This document shows positions 51,370 through 61,720 of a DNA stretch of 64,000 nucleotides, in pieces. The notes below the pieces were generated by a model. The model was not told the DNA's origin and made no database searches. It saw only the letters and a list, made by a program, of their open reading frames with translations. Position numbers and translations under genes: made by a program. The stretch covers positions 794,985 to 858,984 of the forward strand of contig NMRA01000028.1 in the NCBI GenBank assembly GCA_002633005.1, written 5' to 3'. Source of the stretch: Phoronis australis (Eukaryota > Animalia > Phoronida). How positions within the stretch are numbered: position 1 is the stretch's first letter; the number at the start of each line of letters is the position of its first letter.

Positions 51370-53349
51370 CTAGTTTTTCAAGGATTTACACAAGCAAAAC
51401 TTTTTTAACCTGTGTACATTTACACACTGCGACGTATCCCCATACTTGTTAATCCTACTCATGTCGCCAAGTACGCTGTACTGTCTGTTGTCTTCGTCGA
51501 ATTTCACCGTCGCTTCGAATATCCCCCCACCTGGCCTCACTATGACTGTCACCAAGTAATTAACTATTGCACCATGTGCACGATCTCCATAGAAGACCTT
51601 CCTGTCGATGACGTCATTCAAACTTTGTTTGAATGTTAGGAGTTTTTCGTCTGCTTGCATTTTCATGACCTCTGTGACTTTGTCTACGGAAAATTCAGCA
51701 CATATACTGGTGTAACTGCTGATTTCGTGGTTAATTTGGGACACAACAGCTCGCCCTGCACGTAAAGCTTCCTCACTATTAGGGTCAATCTGCTTTCTGT
51801 TCTGGCAAACGCACCAGTGAGGTAATATAGACGCGCTTTCACAAGATCTTTCCACAGGTATTTCGTTGAGAAGACTTATACCTCTTTGCGACAAGTCCCC
51901 AGTGGTTAAATCTCCATTAAACTGCAATAAGTGAAGAAAGGTCTCATGGATATCAAAAGGAGTTGTCAATCTGTGAGAATTCGTTTCTAAATTTTTCAAT
52001 GCCCGAGGATATTTGGCGGAAAACCATTTTGGAAACGCAACATACATAAGCGGAAGGCGCTCTTCAAGTTTTCCAACATAAGTCTTAACTATAGGACCAA
52101 ATCTAGCCCCATGGTCACTCATATACACCAGAACTGTATTGTCTAACAAACCATCCTCTTTCATTTTACTCAGAAAATCAAAATGTGGCCGATCTGCTGC
52201 ACCCACTCGGTTGATATCGTTGTGAGTCAGTCGGGTGATGAATGTAAATCCAAAATAAGGGCGATTGGTGTAAGTCTTTGCGAAATCGTGCGTGTAGTTA
52301 AGAACAATGTCCGTTTCTAAACGCGAACCAAAACACTCGTCATCGTGGTGCCACATATGTGTCTCGGCTTCCATTGCTAGCGTAAATGGCCGCAAATAGT
52401 GTTCTGTTGGAGATCTCAAAAAGCCAAATTTCAAATAGTTGAATATGGCTATGCTCGGAAAATCTTCAGCAAACAGTGTGGTATATCCGTGCGAGGAGAA
52501 ATTTTTCCAAACTATTGGATACTTATCGAAGGGTAACATGCTCTTCGTCTCATCCCAGGGGAGTTCCTCCAGGTATTTGCCCGTGAACATAGGCACAATG
52601 TTAACAAATGTGTTGTCAGCCACTTTGTTGTATCCCTTCAACTCCACTGCCGACAACTCATTTAACAGGAAGCTGCGTGTTCTTGGCATTTGCCGGATGA
52701 AGTTCAGTCTCGAAACAGCATCAATGCCAACAACGAGTACATTCAACTTTTTTTCTTTTGGCAAGGAATTGCTACTCCTCTTTGGTGGAACTTTTAAGAC
52801 GAACGCGTGAAAATTCCTGTAAAATTCTTTATTGTCTTCATTGAAACACTTGACTTTGATGAATTCATATGGTATCATTTCTTTGTGGCTAAAACATTTT
52901 ACCGTTTCGCTATATTTTATCGACTGGTCGGAGCCAATAGCGCGAACTATTTCATTGTAACAACATTGTTTCAGTACTTGCTTGTAATGGTCCCTAACCA
53001 CGGCCCAATTGACAAACAAAGTGTTTCCGTCCTGGTACGTTACGTCGCGATTTTCTCCGCAACTTATTTTTATTGGCGGACGAATCAAATTTTGGATACT
53101 CTCGTCGAAAGCAGGAACATCGGGAATCTTGCAGTGCGGCGTGTTTACAAGAAAGAGCTTAGCAACTGATATCCCACTAGTGGGGATTATGGCCTTGATC
53201 ACATCAGCTTTTGGCAAGCTGTCGATAAATAGCTGAGAATGGCGAGGACTGTAGACGATGAAGCCAACGTAGATTAGGACCGTCAAGGCGAAAAGTAGCA
53301 GCAAGCCCTTCGCCACCCTCGAGGGCATGACGAGAAACCTCATCTTCAT
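51370..53349 (-). CDS. DUF229-family protein (alkaline phosphatase/sulfatase superfamily), type II membrane-anchored, 659 aa, single coding exon
   Basis: Intact ORF. N-terminal signal-anchor GLLLLFALTVLIYVGFIVY. Motifs CKIP, NVLVVGIDAVSRLNFIRQMPRT, GYNKVADNTFVN, GYTTLFAED, MSDHGARFG, LEERLP, RLTTPFDIHET, RSCESASILPHWCVC, FEATV, SRINKYG...KFCLC. Splice acceptor tctttcag| 23 nt upstream of the ATG; AATAAA (minus strand) at 51352-51357. Confidence 0.93.
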   Translation of the reverse strand: MKMRFLVMPSRVAKGLLLLFALTVLIYVGFIVYSPRHSQLFIDSLPKADVIKAIIPTSGISVAKLFLVNTPHCKIPDVPAFDESIQNLIRPPIKISCGENRDVTYQDGNTLFVNWAVVRDHYKQVLKQCCYNEIVRAIGSDQSIKYSETVKCFSHKEMIPYEFIKVKCFNEDNKEFYRNFHAFVLKVPPKRSSNSLPKEKKLNVLVVGIDAVSRLNFIRQMPRTRSFLLNELSAVELKGYNKVADNTFVNIVPMFTGKYLEELPWDETKSMLPFDKYPIVWKNFSSHGYTTLFAEDFPSIAIFNYLKFGFLRSPTEHYLRPFTLAMEAETHMWHHDDECFGSRLETDIVLNYTHDFAKTYTNRPYFGFTFITRLTHNDINRVGAADRPHFDFLSKMKEDGLLDNTVLVYMSDHGARFGPIVKTYVGKLEERLPLMYVAFPKWFSAKYPRALKNLETNSHRLTTPFDIHETFLHLLQFNGDLTTGDLSQRGISLLNEIPVERSCESASILPHWCVCQNRKQIDPNSEEALRAGRAVVSQINHEISSYTSICAEFSVDKVTEVMKMQADEKLLTFKQSLNDVIDRKVFYGDRAHGAIVNYLVTVIVRPGGGIFEATVKFDEDNRQYSVLGDMSRINKYGDTSQCVNVHRLKKFCLCKSLKN

Positions 53350-53645
53350 GGGTCGTTAGCTAAACTGGTCATCTGAAAGATGTCAATCAGGCATCAGTTT
53401 CACCTAAGTGTCACAAAATTAGTGTCTACTAGTAAATCTTTGAAAAGCCCAAACAAAAAATAGAAGCCAAATATTTTTCTAAGGAGAAATTGAAATAATG
53501 CCTACAGCAAGAATTTTCAATACTCAGAGATGAAGTAAATTACATAGAATTTCCTTTTTCATTCCAGAAAGTACTTAATAGCATGCGACCAACGGGAGCG
53601 CCGCCTAAGGGCTATACGTGAAAGAACAGGTCGCGTGACCACATA

Positions 53646-54080
53646 ACGGGATTTTCCGTAGATAAGACCATGGGCGTGAAAATTTTCAGGCGTTTCAGTA
53701 ATACCAAATAAACGCCCGGGCGTTTATGCGGAAAAAGGGCGTGTAATCGGAAAGTCATCGTTTTGACTACACAAATGCTTAGACTAAGAGGTTTCCTGGA
53801 TTTGACATTTCTGTTAAAACTATGAATAAATATATAGTTCGCCAACACTTTGTTCGTTTTTATAAATGCTAAATGCTCCACAAAACTGAATTGTGACTAA
53901 AAGTTGACGCTGAGTGGGCTTTTAAGAATATTTTTTTCGAATAAACGCCCCACTATCTGGACCCTTGACACCAGAAGTTGTAACACCAAATAAACGCCCA
54001 TGGGCGTTCATTTGGCATAATTTTCCGAATAAACACCCATGGGCGTTTCAACGGATGGGCTTACCTACGGAAAATCCCGG
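53646..54080. mobile_element. Tc1/mariner-like MITE (TA flanks) in the DUF229 5' intron
   Basis: TIRs cgggattttccgtag(a/g)taag / cttacctacggaaaatcccgg with TA on both sides; internal aataaacgccc repeats. Confidence 0.65.
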
Positions 54081-55334
54081 TAGGTGTAAACGAAAAATCT
54101 TGTTGTCACAATGAAAAAAGGCAGCGACTATTGGAAGTCGCTATTACAATTGCTTAGTTAACAAAAACACATTACATATACTTCCAAAATTCTTCAAGCA
54201 GAGAGGTAGCAGGCTGGCCGAGCAGGAGCGGTGAAAATACTCCATTCCTTGTGACAGTGAGCCTTTAGAAAGTTTCAAAACAATGCATCTATCTTTTTGT
54301 CACAAAATTCAAACATGACTTTTGTATTGTTATTAATAACCACTAACCTTCCTGGGTGGACTGAAAAAATGTCGGTCATATAGTTGGAAATTCTGGCTTC
54401 GATTTTGTCTTTTGAATTTTCAGTCACAGCATAAGGAGTTTATCATCGGCAGACACCGAAAACATTCGTATACATTGGTTCGCGTTAAAAAAGCAACCTG
54501 ATCAGACTTTGTTCGAGTCGTTTTTTTTTAGATGATTAGCATGCTCAACATAGACCTTATTCACGCGGCGGCCATTAAGATCCAAAGCGAGGCTCACTGC
54601 GATAAACAAAGCGAAAGTAGACATTGCGTGAGTTAAATAGCCGGTCTTTCGAGTCCAAACTGGATATTGAATTTTAATGATGTGTCGACAGTTAACCACA
54701 GAGACGTAGAAAATTACATTAGAGAACAAGTTAAGGCGCCAAAGAGTTGTCTGACAAAAGGGTTTAATTTTTTTCGGAAAACTAGGTTCGAAACATGAAA
54801 AGTAAAAATGACCAAATTGCGGCGAACGTAGTGTTACGGATTAGGTATTATGCTGAATGCAGGGTTACGTTTTTTCTTGTAAATTGTTGATCAAAATACT
54901 TTCTACGCGGACCAGGTCATCTGCTCGTATTGTTGACGAGTTGAAGACATATTCGACAGTGGTGACTGTCATGCACAATTAGTCACATCTGGTTTAATTT
55001 GTTGATCAAGAATATTAACATCAAGCATAGCATGATCCTATGCACTCACTGGGACTAACAGTTGATTTGTCATTGGTCTGAAAGAATAATTGATGTTATT
55101 AAATATATTTTTATTAAAATAAAAAACCAGGCTCGTAATTGAAAATAAAAATTATTTGACCGTCAATGCTTTTTTGGTTGTAATAATTCTTACGTCTATT
55201 TCATGTGTTAGATTTCAAATATCAATCTGGACCACGTTGAATTTTAAAATTAAAACACCTAATTCGTTCGTCCAAAACATAAAATCGTTTTAGAACTCAA
55301 TTTCAGTTAACTGGACAATGCAATCATCATGTTT

Positions 55335-56335
55335 CTGCAGGAGCCTCTTTCATCCGAGGGGAACGGTGCCAGTGCCTACTGAGAGGCGATTTTTTCGCCG
55401 AGTGAGGGCGGGAATAATCTACCTCCCGATCCCCATCAATAGCACCCCCGCCCTGTTGCAAGCTCTGCCTCAATTTAAAGTAGCCTTTTGTGCTCTTAAA
55501 AATTGTCACCTGTGTGGTTACAGGTGATTTGAACTCAGAGAGATTTTTCACTAGGGGAATTTTTATGCCTCGTGGGGGGAATTTCGCGTGATATTTCAAT
55601 ATGTTTGAGAGGGGAATAGGGCCGATATTGGTCCCCATATTTGCGGGATTGAGGGCCCTGTCCTTTTTGGAAAGAAAAATTATAATGTTTCAACCCGTAG
55701 CAGGGGCGGATCCAGGTTTTTTAGTTAGGGGGGGCAGGGCACAGGAATAAGCAGCATTTCGGCAGATGCGCGCGCCCAGCCTAAACTCTGGAGATGCAGG
55801 GGTCTTGAATTCTTGGGTTTGGCGGACCTGTTGACTAAAAAAAAAACGGTAAACGGGGTTCATTCAGCGCCTATGCGTTGTTCACTGAATTCACCCCCTG
55901 TTGCGCACGTGTGCTAGTCAGCAATTCGCACCCGAACTCAAAAATGGGATCTGATACAATTTTAGGGGGGCCATGCTCCCCCCCCTAAATCCGTAGTCAT
56001 GAAAACACAGCCTGGCTGCATGGCCCATTCTCCGGTCGTTACTATGATGCTTAACAACTGCTGACCGACATGCGACAAAATAATGATCTAGCTTTTCGAA
56101 AATATTTATAAATTTACACGCACATATATTTTGCTTCGTCGCGGCAACGACCCAACGCTTCCGAATCTCAACATCTTTAGAGATTGTGAAGCAGACAGTT
56201 GCGTGTCCGTATTTTTTCTAGTCGTTCGGGAACAACACGGTCTGAAACACAGAACTACTTGCCGATAAGCTAAAAGAGCTATCGTAGCGAGCCTCGTTTT
56301 GGAATGCGCCTCCTGTCGGCGTGAATAGGGTCTAT
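55335..56335 (-). mobile_element. Right arm of the long inverted repeat, interrupted by a CAGGGGCGGATCC-type MITE at ~55701-55996
   Basis: Ends ...cgagcctcgttttggaatgcgcctcctgtcggcgtgaatagggtctat; the insertion is flanked by duplicated ccgtag and is absent from the left arm. Confidence 0.85.
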
Positions 56336-58273
56336 GACGAGATAGCTAACCCCCGTTTTCATCGCTCAAGCCAGTGTTTGCGTGCACAGCAAAAGTGAGG
56401 TAAACGGCGTAACAGACCGCCCAGTCTTCTACTAGTTAACAACGATATGACCATCGACACATTTTGATTAAATGTAGGTTTTTCAGTTTTCGTTTTTATG
56501 TAGATATTTCCTTTGCACATGTCGGTCAAGTTTTATCTCATGACTAGTGTCGAGACGACCAAGCATAAAGACCGCAATATTCCAAATATCCAGAGCAAAC
56601 TGCAAGGAACCGAAGTTGAAAATAAAATGTTCAGAGAGAATTGTTGACCCGTTAATTTCTCGCCCGTCAGACCAATGACCTACTTGACTAAGAAGCATCC
56701 AAAAGTATCTTTGGCCAAACTGACGAAGTACCGTAACATCCCGCGTACGAGCCGTAATGGCTGGATTACAAAGTGGAACAGCAGATCGATCAAGAGGCTA
56801 TGAAAAGGGCATAATATACCAGCGCCGTCAGTAGGGAAAAGGCCCCCTATATGAGTCAAACTTCATTCTGGAGATCGGTCTTTTGCTTATTTTTAGACAC
56901 ATGTAATTCGCGTAGGCTATCTATAAGAACAACCACAAAAACGAAAATGGGAAACATAAAATTTAATCGTGAACTTCCGAACCTGTGACGATAAGAGAAC
57001 TACACAGAAACTGAAAAAAATTTCACACATCATGCAAACAATGGTAAACGCACAAAAACGCATTCACCATCGAAACTTCTCAAAGCTGTTATCGGGATCA
57101 AATGAAAGTCGGCTTATTTCAGTTTGAATCTGACTTCCGTCCGAAACTGAACTGTGTGGAGTTTTAAGGTAGCCGTCCAACCTTGTGTGCGCAAAATTTG
57201 AGAGTTGTTTGACACATGTCCAGCAGGTTTCAGTGGTATGGCAAACTTTCACGGCAAAACTCTTACGCTGAGCATATTGCCGAGTTGAGCATTAATGACC
57301 TTATTTATTACTAACCGTTTAGTAACAGTATACTCGTAACACTGAACTTGTACATGTATCATTCAACGTGAAAATGGTCAGAGCCTACTAGGCCTACTTG
57401 TTGGCTTTCGCCCACAACCAAGGCTCCGCCTTCCATTACATTATACGCAGAAACAATAAATAACATGACCATAATCAAGAAATAGGGGTGCAAAAAGAAA
57501 TTAACATACCACAAAAAACACATCAACGAAAACGTGACTACGATAGAACAAATGCACATATGAATCTCGCTGGTTCCCTACGCGCCTAGCCAGCACGCAG
57601 ACGCAGGTATCACGCAGTAGCACGCGTTTTAGCGTTGGTTGGTGTAACCTCGGTAGACATTGGTTAGCTTTACTACAACGTGAAAAAGGGCGGACTATGA
57701 ACGATTTTTAGCCTTGTCATGCAAGTGGCATTGCAGCAACTATTTCGTTTCTGCAGTAATGTTTACTAGCCGCGTTCATGAAGCACATACATATACACTA
57801 TAAACACATATCAGGACGATTTAACCGGTGCGGTGTTATTCATATTGTATGAATACAGGACAGTATCGTCATCGACAGTAGAAAGATGTACTCCGACAAG
57901 GCGCAACCACAATTTCTGGTATTCAGATTTCCTGAACATAAATTTTAAGCACCGAGTTGTCTCTACAACTCACCACGTTTATACTTGCTCCAACCGTCGT
58001 GCCAGTTAGTTTGCGTAAAGCGCTGCCTGTTGAGAATTTGACCAGCCAATCAGAAACACCGGTGTAAAAAAATTTTTCGAGGAAAATTGAGTGACGGATA
58101 CCACCTATAAAATCTTTGGCTACCACCCCACCTAGCGGCACGCAGGGAACAGCATATGAATTTGACATACCAGGAAAACGTGACCACTCAGTAGCACGTG
58201 ACGCGTAATTTACTTGAGTTGAAGTAAGATGGCTGAGTCACGGGACTGCTTCGTGAAAAGTGACTAAGACTCC

Positions 58274-58419
58274 CATGGGTGGCGCAGCACTGAAAAAAGT
58301 GGGGGGCTATAGCCCCCCAGCCCCCCTGTGCTGCACCATCCATAGACCATGGGCGCCGGAGCACTGAAAAAATTGGGGGGGTCTATAGCCACCCAGCCCC
58401 CTATGGTGCGCCGCCCATG
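58274..58419. mobile_element. MITE, same family as 2294-2447, opposite orientation
   Basis: catgggtggcgca...tgcgccgcccatg. Confidence 0.75.
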
Positions 58420-60103
58420 GCTCCACATTACTATTTCTTACTTTCTGAAAGAAGAAAGTGTCTGAGAATATGCAAATACTAATTACTCAGAAAATTTGTA
58501 CAAACAATTTCCAGCCAACGAGTTACATGACTAAACCTTTTTTGGTAATTGTGAATTTCGGGCATAAGACCAGATTCTGTCTTAAAACTTAAAAGTCACT
58601 TTCATAAAACGTCCAATTTTTTTCTGTGTCGTTCTTTACTGACAGATGTAACATTTTTCAATCACTTATCTTTATTTAGCTCCTCTGCGAGCCCTTATGA
58701 AAATATTTAGAGAACAGTGCACAAAGCAAAAAAATTGTCACCATATGAATACGATCAGCCATTTCAGAAATATGATACTCGAAAATTAACCAAATTTGAA
58801 CTTGTTTCTATGTCCTACATAACCTTGAATTAATTATATCAATTAGGGCTTTATTATTGTATTTGCAAGTAGCGACGTCATCACTACTAAAATTATGGCC
58901 ACCTGCTGTATCTCTAAAACGAATTTGCCACAAATACATGAACACCTCCAAGGAAACGAAAAACGATTGTTCCTGCATTGTTGCTCCAGAGCAGAGTAGT
59001 GAGTTAAATTTGTTTGACAAAAATAGAACCGAAATACGAATCGTCGAAGCACCAAAACATACAGACGGCGTACTCACTAGAGCATGACGTGTTAAACATG
59101 ACGCATGCATCATATCATGGGTTTATCTTCCATTTGTTGATTTAGATTTAGTTTAAGATATTCAGATAAGGAGCAGCCAATTTCAACAATAATTATATAG
59201 GAAAGTGGGCTTTTACTTTCATGAAATTTTCCGAACTCGTCGGATTCAGACCACGTAATATCTGCTTTAGCCTACATGAAGACACAGTCCATTTAAAAGA
59301 ATTAGACTAATGTTTTTCATTAGCAAATCGAGACTTAGTCGTTTTAAGATTAGGCCTACAAATGACGAAAACAGGTGGCCCTTTTCTAATCTGAATGAGA
59401 CCGAACAGTCTGTCCCAGTTTGATAATTCCCAAAGTAATTGACCTCGTTCGCCACAACAAAAATCGGCCACGAGGCAATCGTAGGAGAAATTTATCAAAA
59501 CGCAGTCTGCTAAATTCTAACTTTTCCTTCTCTATGGTCAGCTTCTGTGCTCAATATTAAACCAACCAACCGTGAAATTTTTTGACCTTCTATTTTAAAA
59601 ACGAAATATTTTAGCATAAAAGTGAGCGCGGCCAGGTTATGAAAACTGAAAAAAAATGTCTTGCCCAAGAGGGGCCTAACTTCTTGGAGGGGGTGGGTGG
59701 GTTGTCGGTGGTGTGACACCCTCCCTTCCCCCAATAATTGGTGATTTAGTTCGGTAAAAACAGGAAAAAGACAGACGAGGAACGAAAAAGTTGGGCAAAA
59801 AGAGCCTTCCAAATTAGACTTCTCAATTTCAAAAATTCACCAAAAATGGTTTCAATGATGTAGTCATTTTATTTGTTTGTGATGGATGTATCCGACCACA
59901 CTTATGGGTTTTCTTAGTACAATCATCTACTAGTTTGTTTTTGTGGATATTTTTCCTTACCGGTGGATTTTTTCATGTGATGCTGTTCTTAAAGTCCTGG
60001 TCTCACACGTTGTTAACCCTTATTACATGATTAGAGGATGTTATAAGGATCCAAGAAGTACCTATTCCATAACTAACACACAATCCGTAATCGAACAAAG
60101 CTT

Positions 60104-61629
60104 AAACTAGAAAGATTATTGTCACGGCGTGACAATAACGGACTCTGCGCGTGCGTATTACTGGAATTATTATGGGAAGTTACTGACAGCAACCCGTTTA
60201 CCAATATGAAAAGGAATTCTTTAAAATTGTAGGAGAAATTACATATTAATTTTTTTGATGACCTTCCCACTTATTGACCTCTTCCGGTGCATTATGAGCC
60301 CCGATGAGGGAGTAATTGTTAACTCGATTAAAAGTGTGGTTAATGCTAATAAGCACAGATGTTTTACTTTATGCACTTCAGAATACAAGATGAATGAAGT
60401 GGTCAAACTTTCAGAATAAAAATGCACCTAATGACCCCATGGGTGCACCAAATGACCTGAAAATTTAGAATTTAACTCAATCGCACTTAGTAAACAGATA
60501 CGTAATTCTGAAGTCTCTAGCTCAAAATTTTAGTTTGCACTCAATGACCTTTGACCTATTTTTTCTGATTGGTTAGGCCTATTGCAAAGTAAAGTAGGGT
60601 ATTCAATTGACTTACACCAGTGTGCTGAAATTGAAAAGAATTCCTTGAAAAACGTAAGAGATATAACATTTTGAACGTTACATGACCTTTGCACTAATTG
60701 ACCTTATCCGGTGCATTTTAAGCATCTTTAGGAGAATTATTGCAAAGCCCATGGAAAATGTGTTTAATGCTGAGAATCACAGTTGTCTAACGGTTGACAC
60801 ATCAGAATACTTGCTGATTGAAAAGGTCAAATTTTCAGAAGAAAAATGCACCTAATGACCCCATGTTTGCACTAAATGACCTGAAACTTTGGATTCCGAT
60901 TTGATTTACCTGTGGCAATCAGACCTGTCAATTCGAAGTGTCTAGCTCAAAATTTTAGTTTGCACCTAATGACCTTTAACCTATTTCACCTGATTGCATG
61001 ACCCGATTACTTAGAAAAGTAATTTTTTAAATTGTCATGTTGACTTATACCTGTGCACCGAATTTGAAAAAGATAGCTCTAAAACTGAAGGAGGAGTAGT
61101 ATTTTGAAAATTATATGACCTTTGTACCAAACGACCTCTTCCGGTGCAATATGGAATATGATTATATAACCGATCAAAATTTATATACTGTCAAAAGTCA
61201 TGTGCTGAATTTAAAGACCGTACCTGAACCCAATTTGGAGTTATCAAGCCTCAAAGTTGGTCGGAAGAAGAATAAGAAGAAGAATAAGAAGAATAAGAAT
61301 AAGAATAAAATTGAAGAAAACCCAGGAACAACAGTACTCTGCGCTTGCACGCGCAGAGTAATAAGAATAAAATTGAAGAAAACCCAGGAACAACAGTACT
61401 CTGCGCTTGCACGCGCAGAGTAATAAGAATAAAATTGAAGAAAACCCAGGAACAACAGTACTCTGCGCTCACACGCGCAGAGTAATAAGAAGAATAAGAA
61501 TAAAATTGAATAAAACCCAGGAACAACAGTACTCTGCGCTTACACGCGTAGAGTAATAAGAAAAATAACAATAAAATCGAAGAAAACCCAGGAACAACAG
61601 TACTCTGCGCTTACACGCGCAGAGTAATA
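60104..61629 (-). mobile_element. HINE-like element with a tgacc-rich ~430-bp internal duplication and an amplified terminal hairpin
   Basis: ttattgtcacg-gc-gtgacaataa hairpin plus actctgcgc subTIR at ~60116-60150; aaatgcacctaatgaccccatg repeated at ~60420 and ~60844; (AAG/AAT)n microsatellite; tactctgcgc...gcgcagagta hairpins at the far end. Confidence 0.7.
61298..61629. repeat. Five tandem 62/71-bp units, each containing the hairpin TACTCTGCGC-N6-GCGCAGAGTA
   Basis: cccaggaacaacagtactctgcgc at 61321, 61383, 61445, 61516 and 61587. Confidence 0.92.
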
Positions 61630-61637
61630 AACGCGCC

Positions 61638-61720
61638 ACTCACGATTCGCACCCGAAGAACACATCGCCATTTTGAACGTACCGCGAACGGGGAAGTACA
61701 ATTCATTCAGGAACCCAGGC
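61638..61720 (-). promoter_or_regulatory. Candidate first exon/promoter-proximal region, possibly of the DUF229 gene
   Basis: Minus strand caAAATGGCGatg (YY1-like motif) followed 28 nt later by the donor C|GTGAGT in a CpG-rich patch. Confidence 0.35.

Noticed and set aside
61298-61629. CRISPR-like appearance (palindromic repeats at regular spacing)
   Set aside because: The spacers are repeated rather than unique, no cas genes are present, and the context is eukaryotic; it is a tandemly amplified element end.
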